Positions 48,500-61,505 of a DNA stretch of 64,000 nucleotides are shown here, in pieces. Source of the stretch: Moniliella sp. 'wahieum' (Eukaryota); contig RSEE01000081.1 of assembly GCA_003971905.1 (NCBI GenBank), positions 1 through 64,000 on the forward strand, given 5' to 3'. Position 1 is the stretch's first letter, and each line of letters starts with the position of its first letter. The notes beneath the pieces are model-generated. The model had not been told where the DNA came from and made no database searches. It saw nothing but the letters and a program-made list of their open reading frames with translations. A program made the translations under genes and the position numbers.

Positions 48500-49463
48500 A
48501 TGGCGGCACCAGCGCGTCTGCCACGCACGGTGCGCCGATTCGGGCTGCTTCTCCTGCTCGCCTCCACTGTGCTCCTCCTGCCCACCTACCTCTACCTCCA
48601 GCACACCACCGCCTTCGACCCTTCCACCCTGGAATGGGCTCCTGTTCCCGCCGGTGCTGCGGCCGGTGCCGACCCCGCCGCCCCGGCCCTCTTCCATCCG
48701 GCTGGACAAGTGGGCCAAGGTCTTCCGATCGGCTACCCCACTCGGTTCGATAGGATGCCTACCTTTTTTGAAGCGTGTCTGATGAACCCGAATGTGCATT
48801 GGGCCGACCTGGCCGCGTGTGACCGTGCCCGCCCGCACCTGCATGCGACCCTCCACCTGCGCCGCCGTCTGCGGCTTCCCCGCTGGTTCTTCCAGCCCGG
48901 CTGTGGCTGCTGCGCAGGCCACCGCTTCCGCCGCAGCTTCCGCAGGCGCAGTGGACACTGTCGACCCGGCTGGGCAAGCGATTATGCCGCAAATGGGCAA
49001 TGCGACAGCCAAGGCGCAGCTGGGTCGTGCTACCTGGCACTTTTTGCATACCATGACCTTGCGCTACCCTGATCGTCCCGACGAGGAGAACAAGAAGATG
49101 CTGCAAGACTTTTTTAGCTTGTTTGCCCGTCTGTATCCCTGTGGAGACTGTGCGAATCACTTCCAAGCTATGCTGGACCAGTTCCCGCCCCAGGTAGGTT
49201 CGCGCAAGTCGGCCTCTCTCTGGCTCTGCTCGCTGCACAATAAAGTCAATGCTCGGCTGCACAAGCCGGAATTTGATTGTGCCACGTTGGATCAGACGTA
49301 CGATTGTGGCTGTGGGCCTGACCCGGATGCGCATGCGGATGCGGATGCGGCCTCCGGTACCACGGCGGACACGTCCCCCGTGGTTCCAAGGTGGAGTCCG
49401 TTCGAGGGGTGGACGCCGCCTTGGCATTGTAATATGCAAAAAATACATCGTCCTGATGCCTGA
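48500..49463 (+). CDS. ERV2: FAD-linked sulfhydryl oxidase Erv2 (ER, N-terminal signal anchor)
   Basis: N-terminal TM (FGLLLLLASTVLLLPTYLYL), IMPQMGNATAKAQLGRATWHFLH, YPCGDCANHF, WLCSLHNKVNARL, C-terminal shuttle YDCGC. Confidence 0.93.
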
Positions 49464-50339
49464 TGCCTGATGCCTGATGTTTCTGCCACCTGCTTTCTTT
49501 TCCAGCTTCCTTCCCCTTCCCTTGATATCCACCATTGTGTCGTTGCAATGGATCTGCTATAGCCCTCCCTCGCTTGCATCGTATTGCTTTTGGGGCATGA
49601 GCATGATCAGTCGTTTGGCACCTTGCCCGCAGGGCACATGCCTCGATTCATTTGTTGCGGGTCTTGCTTGGAACGGACAGGAGGTCCGCAGGGCTGTGGG
49701 CTTGTCCTTGGTGCTCTCCTCCTTAACGTCGGGAATGCCGACTGGGTGTAGTGGCTGGTGGGAAGATAGCTCGTCCCGTTGAAGTCGAGACATTTGCCAC
49801 GGCCGGCGGGGGGAAAACACTGTAGAATGCCCCAGCCCATGCTGCATCCACCTTGCATTGGCCGGCGCTCGGCTGTTTTTTTTCTTGCTCTTTTTGGTGA
49901 TTGAAACAGCGAGTTGGTTGCATTTTGTGCTGCGTTTGTCATGAAGGGCATGACGTCAATTCCCAATTCCGCGGGGCGGAATGGGGCGCAGAAGAGCGTA
50001 GATAGCAAACTGTGGATGGAGGCAGCACCTGCCTGATTGGGGCTTGTCTGGAGAGACATATACTTTTAGTTGCGATCGCAGCGCCTCAGCGCCTCAGCGC
50101 GAAAAGTTGGACTGAGTTTGAAGCATCCCACACGCCTCGCACACTCTGCGTGAGGCGCTGACGCACCAGCTGCTCTTCTTCAGCCCCATCCCATCCCATC
50201 CATCCCATCCCATCCCATATTGTTGGCAGCCACCGCAGTGGCCTGATTCACCTGTTGGTTGCCTGTGCTTTCCGCCGGTACACCGCAAACGTTAGTACCC
50301 ATCCAACGTGGGTGCCGACGGAACGCGCTCTGCCATCTC

Positions 50340-50410
50340 CTCCTCCTTCCACTCCCACTCCACTCCCACTCCCACTCCACTCCCACTCCCACTCCCACTC
50401 CCACTCCCGC
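50340..50410. repeat. (CCACTC)n hexamer microsatellite
   Basis: About 10 copies read directly. Confidence 0.9.
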
Positions 50411-50619
50411 TGCCCCGCCTGCTGCCCTCTTCATCGCTGACCGCCCGCTCAAACGCGACGCGCCGCCTTGGGGTCCTTCCTTGCCGTGCACCCTCCCTCC
50501 CCTCGTTCTTCCTCACCGAGCTCGTCTTTGTTCGTGCACGCTCTACCCTGCTACACCTATCTGAGCCCTTGGTTTGCCCTTCTCCTCCTCCGCACGTGGC
50601 GACAGCTTGACTCGCACCC

Positions 50620-51598
50620 ATGACCCCCGCATCCCACCGTCCAACCAGGCGGCTCCCTTTTGGCATGGCCAGGAATTCGCCACCCCCGAGCAAGCCCATC
50701 TGGCCATTCGAAGATGGCAATCCACGTTGCCTGGATGTCCTCCGGGCGCGGAAGACTTTCTCATGTGGGACGCGAGCCTGAGTATTGTGCACTGCGTAGC
50801 GCCTACGCGCTCGCACGGCCCAGTGCCCGAACAAGTGCACGAGCACGAGCCCACGCCGTTCCCTCTGGCCCCATGCGCGTTCAAGCGATCGTGCAACGTC
50901 AATCCTTTCTCCCCGCGCTGGACCCGTGTGACGAATCGGGGTATTTCGCCTTCTTTTGCACTCCGCATTCGAGTAGCTGTGTCGCCTGTCATGATCCGCG
51001 CCTTCGGGCCTCTACGGCACCCACTCCCCTGCCTGACGAAGGCGACGCAATGGCACTGGACGTGCCTGTGCGGCCACGCAAAAGGCTAGGCGGACCCGAT
51101 TCGCCCGTGCGCGCTGGAGGCACGGGCGGGGGAGGTACGTCAGGCCGATGGGGTTCGGACGGCATGTACCTCGAAACGATGGTGCGGCATATTCATCTGC
51201 TACTTGCTTCGTCTCACCCGGTGTACGGTGGTGGTCCCGGCGGTGGGTACGGCGCTGGGGCTGGGGCGAGCACGAAAGAGTCGGTGCGGGCACAGCGCAA
51301 GAACTTTGCGGTAACGGGGCAAGCATACGCGTCGGGTGTCCCGCCCGGTCCGTTGGCACACAAATTACACGACTGGATCGTGACCCAACGCGCTCCTTTC
51401 CCCTATGGCCACCGGACCCGTTCCTGTTACCTGCGTCGCCACAGGGCGCGTCGCGCTGCTCCCTCGTCCTCTCCCTTCGTCCCCACGCGCCTTGGCTGCT
51501 TCCCCTCCGTCTCCGTCGCCCGTCGGACTCTTGGTCGCGCCGGCGACGCGCAACCCGTCCTGGGCGTCCAAACGCGACAGCCGGTGGCGCTAACTTAG
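50620..51598 (+). CDS. Possible FAR1/MuDR (WRKY-GCM1-like) DNA-binding domain protein
   Basis: GQEFATPEQAHLAIRRW ... VHC ... CAFK ... RWTRVT ... PHSSSC resembles the G-x-E-F-x-T...C...C-x-F...W-x-V...H-x-x-C pattern. Pattern recognition only. Confidence 0.4.
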
Positions 51599-52485
51599 CT
51601 GTCGCATGTGCCAAAGCCAAGCCCCCGCCTGCGGATTCGGATCTTCCTATTACTAGGTTTCTAGCCCCCCCCCTATGATCTCTCATCATATCTGTCCTCC
51701 TCTTCTCTGAATGTCTCCCTTGCCAGCCATCTGCACCTTTCGCGCAGTGCCACACATGATTCATGAATGCCAATGTGTCGTCTCATCCTATGCTGTTGCG
51801 AGCCACTCCTCGTGAGAGAGGTTGGGATTGGGTTTCCTTTGGGGGCCGGTTGGGTCGTGTGCAGGAGTGTGTGGATGGAATGCATACTATATACTGAGCT
51901 AGACGGCGCTGAGAGGCGCTCACACGTGGTTGCGCTTGACTAAAGGTGCTCGCATAGCGCGGGCAGGGTCAAACTCTTGACGCGGGGTTGAAAGAGGTCG
52001 TGGATGCAACTGAGACTGCGGGAACCCCTCAACCAGCCATCGGGAAGCCAGCGTACGCGTCGGATGCTCTGGCAGATATACTGGGGAAAGGGTAAGAACC
52101 AAGAAAGGTGCTCTTCATAGCGGTGGGGGGGGGGGGGGGGGGTCAAACCTGTCGTTATGCACGTCATGTCATGTCATGTCATATCATATCACGATAGGAC
52201 TCCCGTTCTTCCAACCTCCCTGTTACCACGTCCGTCCCCCATACCGCTTTAGCTGCGGTCCCCCCACGCCAGTCACCTCTGTGCCGACTTGTGGTTGAGG
52301 CGGAACGGGACGGGACGGGACGGAGGCCACACTAATCCCTAGTATAGTAAACACCAGCGTCTCTCTATCCCCTGCCACGCCACCCTGTTGGTATTGCCAC
52401 GACTCAACGCTCAACTGAGACTCTTACTCCCCCCTCTTCCTCTATCGTTTCCTTGATCTTTTCAGATCGATTTGTACCCCCCTGC

Positions 52486-53812
52486 TCACCAGCTCGCCTG
52501 GCCTCTACCCGCCGCGCCTACGCCATGGCCGATGCGTGTAGCTCTGAGATCCTGGCCACCGAATTCACGCACGGGCCCCCCGGACGGCTTGCCCGAACGG
52601 CTAGAATGCGCGGGGGAAAGCTGCGCGTGCGGTTGTGGTTGTGCTTGCGCTTGCGCTTGGCGGACGGCTTGGCGGGAGAGCAGATCGGCTTGTCGAACGG
52701 GCTCCGGGACGCGGAAGAGGGAACATGCGCGGACGAGGACGATTGCGGTGGCTAAGGAAAGCTTGTGGCCCTGCGACACAAAGATCGGGTTGGTCGCCTG
52801 GGCTCCTGTGCCAGACCGCGATGCAGATGCAGAGGCAGATGCACATGCTGATGATGAGGTGAAGGTGAAGATGAAGATGTCAATCGAGGCAGGGGAGCGG
52901 GAGAAATGGTAGGGGACGCAACGCGACGCGGCCAGTGTTCATCCGCATCCTGTCGCTATTAAGATCCATTTGCGCCTCGTTCTGGTGGGTGCGGTAGAGG
53001 GGGAGGAGGACGCGTGCTGGGTCAGTGCGGAAGAGGGCTTTGACGTGAGGTTCGGTAGGGGCGTCCTTGTCGTACCGGAGCAAACTTTTGGCGACGCCAA
53101 TGGTAGGAAGGTCGAGGGCGATACCTAGGTGGCACGCGGACCCCACTCCACGCGGATGCAACCGTCCATTCCCATCGACCAGGACACCTGCGGCCGCAGA
53201 TGAGCCGGCACGCGTGCAAATAGCGCCGTGTACACGGCGGCCTCACGGAAACCAAGGTACGTAGGCACATAGGGCGTGTGAAGCGGTACACGCTCCACGA
53301 CCGTGTGGACGACCTGCAAGGACGGGTAGGCGAGAATGACCAGAGCCTATCCTTTCGGTGGGCGGGGGCGTGGGTGGGGGTCCAGGTCCGCCATGGGCAG
53401 GGGAGGGGGGAGGTGGGTCCTCCGTTTCGGTCCCAGGGACAGAGCCAGGAGCAGGAGCAGAAGCAGAGGCAGGGGCAGAGCGGAAGAAGCTAATGTCGAC
53501 CAGCCACGAGGGTCAAGCCAGTGATGCGAAAGGGTAACGTAGCAGCGCACTGCAGCCTGTCCAGCACGCCCGAGCGCACCTGAGCCGTGCCGACGGTAAC
53601 AGGTGTCCCGGGCATGGTCCTCGCTCTGCCCGCAGCCTCGGCGGGCGGGGGGAAGGCAGGCTGGATGGTGAACGCACGGGCGAGGGCGGAGCGGGATAGT
53701 GAGGACGAGCGCGAGCGCACACGCGCATCGTGTGTGCGAGCATAGGACCACAGGCGGGCGAAGGTGCAGGAGGGGGCGTCGGGAGGCGTGTGGGGGGCAG
53801 TGGCGGACCCAT
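52486..53812 (-). CDS. ENDOV: Endonuclease V
   Basis: [70 protein letters not shown]...[15 protein letters not shown]. Start approximate. Confidence 0.92.
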
Positions 53813-54028
53813 CGCCGACAGTCCCTCCGCTGGCCATCGGGGCGAGGCGATGTAGCAGCCAGCATTGCTTCCACGCATTATCAGCCCATCACATGTGATG
53901 CCACCCATCGCTAATCAGTAATCGATAATTACGATCAGCCCCCAGCGCTTCAGCCGGGCCCAAGCGTCAGATGGGCACAGCATGAGCATGACGGCATGGG
54001 GCGACACTTCTCCTTCCTCTTCCCCACC

Positions 54029-56905
54029 ATGTCGACGCGCGTGCCCAGCACCTCGCACGCCACGGGCGCTCCTGTGCCGCCACCTACCTCCAGCCTCGGG
54101 CAAGCATTTCCGTGACACTGCCGGCCGCACCGTCCTGCTCCATGGCGTCAATCTGTGCGGCGGCAAGCAACCCTGCGGCCGCAGCACTTTGATCCGCCCC
54201 ACCTCGTCTGGAGCATCGCTGAAACCGGCGGCGAGTCCTTTCGTCACTCCCCGTTCCGCCTCGACGAGGCTCGGCCGACGAACACTTGGCCCGCCTCCGC
54301 GCTTGGGGGTTCAATGTCATCCGCTACCCGTTCACGTGGGAGGCTCTCGAGCACGCTGGCCCGTACGTTTGGTCGTGTCCCCCGTCCCCCTCCCCCCTGC
54401 TGCTTGCCTGCCTTGCCGTTCCCTCTGGGATGTGCGCATCGCACTGATCTGGATGGAAGCTGACCCGATCTGCTTGGCGCGCCGCGTGCAGGGGCAAGTA
54501 CGACGAGGAGTACATGGACTATGTGGTGGAGGTGCTGCGAAGCTCAAGGAGTACGGTTTTCGGGTTATGGACCCGCACCAAGACCTATTTTCGCGCTAAC
54601 AGGTGGCTGTGGAGCTCCATTTTGGGTGTTGCCCGCCTGTGGGATCGATCGGCGGTTTGTAACACCGACGCAGGCTGCGTTTTTGCAGTTCGAATGGCCG
54701 TCGGCCCAGCACCCCGAGCCGCAAAGCTTCCCGCCCATGCTGTGGGCTACCAACTACTCGCGCTGGCAGCGTCGACGTTATCGTCGCTGTTTTTGCTGGG
54801 CGCGACTTGGCGCCGCAGTGCGTGGCTGGATGGCAAAAATATCCAAGATTGGCTGCAAGAGCACTTATCGCGGCGTGTGCGCAGCTGGCCCAGCGTATCC
54901 ACGATGCGGGCGATTTGGAAGACTGCTGTGTGATTGGGGGGGATAGCCTCAATGAGCCCAACCCGACGTATGTGGGATTGCGCGTCTGGGACGAGATCCC
55001 CACAGTGGCCGCTCAAGATGGGTCCTATGCCCAGTCCGCTGCAGAGCATGCGCCTGGGGATGGGCCAGGTGCAAACTGTGGAGCGGTGGGACTTTGGTCC
55101 GCTGGGGCCCAAGAGGATGAAGGACATGGAAGTCGATCCGAAGGGCGCTGTGCTCTGGCTGACACCGAGCAAGATCGGATTGAAGGCGGGACCAAGTGGG
55201 GGTGGGAGCGTAGTGCGAGTTGGCCGTTGGGCGTTGTCCCTGGGGCCATGGGGCGTGGGACGTGGCAACGGGCCAGGTGAAGGAGAAGGACTACTTTTGG
55301 CGGTCGCGTAGGCAGGGTGCCGAGCCAACAGAGTCAATTGAGTTTATCGAGGACTATTGGTTACCGTTTTGGCGTGTGTACTGCACTGCGATCCAGGCCA
55401 TACACCCGATGCGATTGCGATGGTGCAACCACCCGTGTTTGAGCAGCCGCCAGCGCTGTCGACGAGCGAGCTGGCGCGAGCGTGTGTGCTCAACGCCGCA
55501 CTTTTACGAACGGCCTAACGTTGATCATCAAGCACTGGAACTGGTTCAACGTGGATGCGCTGGGCATCTTGCGGGGCAAGTACCCTAGTGTACTGTTGGG
55601 GCTCAAACTGGGTCTTGGGCGATCCGACGCGCGATGCACGACCAGCTCACCTACTTGCGCCAGGACACGTTGGATCGAATCGGTGCCTGTCCCACTTTGA
55701 TGGCGAGTTGGGCACGCCGTATGACTTGGACAAGCGCAAGGCCTACTTTGGCGATCCCAAGGGCAAAGGTCAAGGCGATTACTCCAACCAGCTCCGGGCG
55801 CTCGACACGACGCTCCGCGCTTGTGAGGGGACCAATATTTGTCCTTACCGCGTGGAACTATGACCCGTTCAACTCCCATCTCCAAGGCGACCAGGGAACG
55901 GCGAAGATTTCTTTTGGTCCCTGACGATATATGACTTTGCCTCGCCACGGAAGGTGAGTGAAGTACCATGCGCCCTGGCCGGCTCCTCTGCCACGTTGGC
56001 GCACACCTCGGACCAGTGTGCCCTTGTTGGAGGGGGCGGAGGAACCCGGGTCGAAACCGACACAGAAAGTATCTTCAATCGATCAACTCAGATACGCTCC
56101 TCGTCTGACCCAGGCCACCGCCCAAGCCGGGCAGTGGAACCACCATCACCGATTGGCGACATTACCTTCCCGCGTGCCTATGGGGGACCTGCACCGTGGC
56201 GGCCGGGCGAGTCGGGCATTTTGTCGTGCGTACGCGCGTGCCACAGTGGGCACACCGCGCTTGATGACGTTTGATTGTGACTCGGGCTTGTTCCAATTGG
56301 AAGTGGAGCTGAGTCGAGCCGATGCTCAGGCAGCGACCGAGCAGGGTTGTCGCAACGGAAATTTACCTTCCTATGCTGCACTATGCCCGTTGGGCCCAAC
56401 CGGACGAAGCCAAAGCGTTATCCCGACCTGCTCGTGGCACACCCGATTCCGCACCGCTCCCACCGCTCGGGCCAGTCGAGCCGAACGGTGCTTCCCCCCG
56501 ACTCGCATGGCGGCGGGGAGGACGAGACGATCGCCGGTGGCCAAGGGGTCAGCGAGATGGGCTTGGTGCGGGCTTGGTGCGGGGGGTAAAGGGCCACTTT
56601 GAAGATCGCGCTTGGATCTGGGGAGTGCACATTGACCTTCAAGCGGAACGTACGAGATGGATTCAGGGGCGCAAGTGCTCAAGTGGTCAATTGCCTTCGG
56701 ACGCACTGTTTTCCTCTTCTTCCCCGCTAGCTCATTTGGCTCAGCTGCGTGCGGGGGGCAACGCGGACCATGTGCTGCACCGCGCTCGCTTGACATCTAT
56801 CGTCGTCCGGCTGGCAAGATGGCCTATGGCCCGCTCGACCGTACCGTCACCTTTGTCCGTAACGCGCGCGGCGAGGTCGTGCAAACGCTCCCCTTGGAGC
56901 GTTGA
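54029..56905 (+). CDS. Glycoside hydrolase family 5, endoglycoceramidase-related (EGCrP / steryl-beta-glucosidase type); intron ~54363-54491
   Basis: [68 protein letters not shown], acid/base DSLNEP, nucleophile-region GE.GTPYDL, WNY. Confidence 0.9.
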
Positions 56906-58549
56906 CTTTTGGGGTACTTGGCTGAGGGCCGAACGCGCTTGGCCAATGCGCTGTACTGGCTGCGCACGCTTACCCACCCTCCTCTTCTTTGCACAAGGCG
57001 CATAGCGTCTATGCTGAAGCCTCGTATCAACGCATCCCCCGTCCCTCTCTGCTCTCCTGAAATCATCTCTTGTGTATACTTCCCTTCATCGTTCGCTATC
57101 CGTCGCCATCTTGTCTCTGTTCTCACGTCTCACGTCTACGTTTCGTCCTCCCACTCTGCTCCATTCTGTCCTGGCCCTGTTACGTGTGACTCAACGTCAC
57201 TTGCACCCTACGCCGCATTCGACTGAAAATACAGAAAGCACAGGAAATAGGAATCCAACGACATGCACTGGCAGGAAAAAGAGAGGGAAAGACCCCCAGC
57301 CCCAGGCCTTACCATCTCACTAGGCCATGCACCGGGCGGTCGACGGACGGTGCGGCGGCCTTGCCCTGCTCAGAAGGGACCTCGTCTCCCGTCCTGGGGG
57401 CGGAGGAACGTAGGTCCCACCCGAGCAAGAAATGAGATCTACATGGGCAGGATATGCGTTTGCCCGTACCCACTGCAGGAGCGAATGAAGGGGTAGGTCT
57501 CAGGTGACCAGTGGGTGCGTGGCGCGGGACGATCGATGGCGACAAAATGCATGCCAGCGCGCCGGGCACGACCGTCGAATTATTGGGCCCGGCTAGCGGA
57601 CAGGGCAGGACAGGATAGGACGGGACAGGACGGGACAGCGTATACGAGCAGCAGGTAGAGGAGGCGCCAAACGTCAACCCAGGCGTCAGCCTAGGTGCAA
57701 GCACAAGCGCAAGCGTCAGCGCAAACGTCAGTGCCAGCCAGGCGCCAACACGCAGCACCCATCCCATACACTGCCACGGAATGATGCGGTACGCTCCGTC
57801 TCCTTGGCCGCCGGCACTGGCATTGGCTGTAGCTGTGGCATTCAACGCGAGCGATGGAGCGGACCGAAACCGATCGGCCCGAGGGGGGAAGCAGAGTGGC
57901 TAGTAAGTAGGGGGCCAGTCACTGTAACTACTAGTAGTCAAGCGACTAGTTATTCGAGAGAGTCCCCCCCCATACGGCGTGCGGTAGGCGGTAGGCGTTA
58001 TGCGGTAGACGGTACGCAGCACGGGTAGGAGTTAGCCCATGGGACCGATCCTAGATCCAAGAGCGTAGCCGCGTCCTGGGTCTGCCGTTCGGCCTCCCTC
58101 GTGGGCAGGGTGGCGGAAGGCGGAGGCGGAGGCTGGACACCGAGTCGTCGTCGTGTGGCGCGGCAGGCTTAATCGGTACCGACTATGTACGACCGACGAC
58201 GGGGGGTACTGACTCAGGCGCGGGTTACCATGCCAATCGGGGGGGACGGGGCAGTAGGTCCCGGTGCTGGTTCAGCTTCAGGGGCAGGGGAAGGTTCAAG
58301 TTCAAGTTCAAGTTCAGGGCATGGGCAGGTTGAGGGTCAAGTTGGCGTGGCGCAGGGGGGGGCGGGCCGAGACGGGGGGTACGAGAGTAAGATGCGGCAA
58401 CGTGGTCCTACCTGGGCCCGAGCGTACCAGGCGCCGGCGTGGGGATCGGGGGGGAGGCTAAGGTCTGTGCGCGGGGGGAAGCGTGGGCACCAAGGCTGGG
58501 ACGAGGAGCACGTGCGCGTGATGTCCACGGTTGGGTGCGCGTGGAAGTA

Positions 58550-60160
58550 GCAGCCCGTTGAGTGCGCCACCCCGACCCCACCACCGAGCCAGGGATGTGC
58601 GGGGCAGTCAACGCTCCACCGGAAGTAGGAGGGCCGCGTGCCGTGGACCGGCTACGAGCAAACGGCCAGCGGCCAAGCTCAAGTTCAAGTTCAAGGGATC
58701 TCCAAGACCCGTCACGTGTCTGTCCTACCGCGTGTTCGACCGGTTTGAGCCGGGGAGGAGACCGCGGGACGCTTCCCATGGTAGCGCGAGCAAGTTGGCA
58801 AGCGGACGGGAGGGCATGCGCCGCGGGCGGGGAAGAAGGAGGAGAGGAGAGGAGGAAGGCGTTCGTAAGTTGGAGTTGGGCGCGACTCTGAGGCGCATGA
58901 CACTGCCAAGTCCAAGGTGCCCGTGGGCGGGGCATACGATGCGTGTGCACCCTGCCCCAGCTCCTCCTTCGTTCCCGCAGAGCTCGGGCACGCCCATGGG
59001 CAACGGACGCAGGTCCAGCCAGGTCCAGCCATAGGTCCAACCCAGGTACGGGCACAAGCACGGGATCCGACCCTGAATCCGATTCCGACTGCGACTCGAA
59101 TCCGAATCGAATTCGAATTCCAGTTGGTCAGCCTCATCGGTCGAGTCGGGAAGCGGTGGGTCGGGGTGGTGAATCGTGGTGGGAAGCGCGACGCGGCGGC
59201 CCAGCCGGGACAGAGGGACCTCCGAATCGCTCCTCCGAGAGCGAGAGCGAGACTGAGGACCGATACCGAGTCCACTTCCAGTCTTGGTCCAGCGGTGGGA
59301 GCGGGGGCGGGCGGCAGAGCCGCTTGGCCGGCCTGGAGGACATCAGAGAGGGACGCGCGGGGACGTTTGACACGTGGGTTGCTCGGTGCAGCTGGGTGGA
59401 GTAGGACGTGGAGTAGGACGTGGATGTGGATGTGGATGCGGAACGTGGTGGAATTGGACTGGGGTGCGGCACGCGTAGCTTGTTCCTCCGTGGGCCTACT
59501 GCCCGGGCCGAGGAGGCAGAGTAAAACTCGTCCAGACGGTGGAAAGTTTGGCGTGCCATGGCACGATCCAAGGTGCCTGCCACAGCGGCGTTGGGGCGGG
59601 CGTGTGGGCGAGCGGGCGAGAGCAGGAGGGGAGTGGATATGGATGTGGATGTGGAGTGGAGATGCGTCTGGGGGGTTGCGAGTGTGAGGGCTGGTGGGCA
59701 CGCGGGGGCCGAGCGGCGGGGGCGGACAGGCTGGGCCGGCAGGAAGGAAGGGTGCGGCGGGGATGGGGATGGGAGCTTGGCCTGTCGTGCCTGGCCGGGG
59801 GGGCGGGCGCGACGAGCGCCTGGGGGCCGTTGAGGACGACAGTGCGCAGGGCGGCACAGCATCCATCCGTGAGGGCTGGGCGCAGGCGGGAGAGGAGGGG
59901 TGGAGGGGGGGCTGGAGCGAATGTGCGCCAACAGGTTGGCGGGTCGGGGCTTACGGGGGGCGCCGGGGGCCACGGGGGGCGCCAAGAGGGCGTCGAGGTG
60001 GGGAAAGGCGCAGAGAGCTTGGGGCCTAGTGGTGGGCAGGGGAGGGGAGCGGGGCGGAGGAGTGCGGAGCAGAGGCGGCGCTGGTGTCGGTGTCGGTGGC
60101 GCATCAGGTGAGGCTGGGCACGGAGAGGCTGGTGTTGGGGGTGGGGGTGGGGGGGGCCAT
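58550..60160 (-). CDS. Hypothetical Pro/Ser-rich protein
   Basis: Long overlapping minus-strand ORFs (59134..60408, 58712..59866) of low complexity. No domain recognised. Confidence 0.3.
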
Positions 60161-60537
60161 GGGGGGGAGGGAGAGGTGGTGGTGGAGGGGGGGGGCACCA
60201 GATACAGGAGACCATCACCCAAAGTGTGCTTTGGTGTTCGTTCGCCCATCAAAGCCGCGACGCGCCACTCAGCGTGCCACCGGTCACCCGCGTCCCGATC
60301 GCCGTCCCTCTCCATTCCGCCCCGCGTTCCGCCCGCTGCGCTCTGGCGCCTATGGACAGCCCCAGCACACGCTAAGCACCACTCTCCGCGACCAAGTCCC
60401 CCCAGCATAGTATAGCAGAATAGTAAGCATCCTCCACCACCGTGCCCAGGCGGCGGGCCGCGCGCGTCGCTCCCTCATGCCGAGACGGTCGTTTGCGGCA
60501 CCGGTTTTGGACCGCGCCTGGATCCGCCGCGCGCGGT

Positions 60538-61505
60538 TCAGTCCACGGCCAGCTTGAATGCTCAAAGAACATCCAGATCAGGATCGTGTTGGGCGTGAGA
60601 CGGATCCAGGAGGGCACGTAGCCGCGGAACAGGAACTTGACTCCATCGGCACGCAAGTTGGTTCTGAGCGTCTGCAGCCCCACCGACGCTGTCGGCGCGT
60701 TCATCAGTGTTGCCTTCACCACGTCTGCCGGGCTGGTCACTGTCGTTGCCACAGTGCGGCCAAGAAGGAGGCGGTAAAATGCAAACACGGGCCCTCGCTA
60801 AAGTAGCCCGTACCAAGCAACGACGACTTGAACATGTCGTACGTTGAAGCTGCGTCGCGTTCATCAGTACCGCCCGCACCAGGTTTGGCGCCAACCCCGG
60901 AACAGCGATCCCACCCCTTCCTCCCGTGCCATCCGCACCACGCCCGTCACTGCATCGTGGTAGTTGAACCGCTTCTCCACTGGCTTGTTCAGATCGGACG
61001 TCATGCGCACCAGCATAATGTCTGTGCGCCGCGCACGCATCGCATTTGGCAGTCAGCTCAGGCCAATCGAAACGCACAACGCAAAGACATGTATGCTAAA
61101 AAGATGGAACGGCACGTACCAGCGGGTTGCCCGCCACCCCACCAATCACACCGGCGCCCATTGCCGATAGGGCCAGCGCCGTGTGGAGATGGATCCATCG
61201 GGCGAACGGCGGGCCAAGACGTTTTTAAAGTGGTCGTAGGCAGCAAAGCGGCGAGGGAGTAGGTCATCTGGCGCAAGACCGAGCGGACAAGCCTTGGTAC
61301 ACACCAGCAATGCCATTGGCGTGCGGTGGTGACCAAGACAGAGGCCATGGACTTGCGCGCACCCGTCTGGGTTTGCATTCGGTTCTTGACCGCATCGAGG
61401 GTGGGGTGAGACGACGGCGCAGGTGGCTGCCACGCCGCCGAGGTAGAAGGGATAGGGAGGGCCGGGGGGAGTCAGGCCCTTGGTCTGCTGGGCAATGGTC
61501 GACAT
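60538..61505 (-). CDS. DIC1: Mitochondrial carrier, dicarboxylate transporter type; intron ~61022-61119
   Basis: YPFYLGGVAA...HP.DAVK.RMQ, LRQMTYS..RF..YD, GNPADIMLVRMTSD...KRFNY, PNLVRAVLMNA, SPADVVK, FRGYVPSWIRLTPNTIL. Confidence 0.9.

Noticed and set aside
7056..61505. Mass pseudogenisation or programmed frameshifting of the genes
   Set aside because: Indels affect essential conserved genes (PRP38, PEX19, DSK2) uniformly and often sit in homopolymer runs while motifs stay intact. This is best explained by long-read consensus errors.
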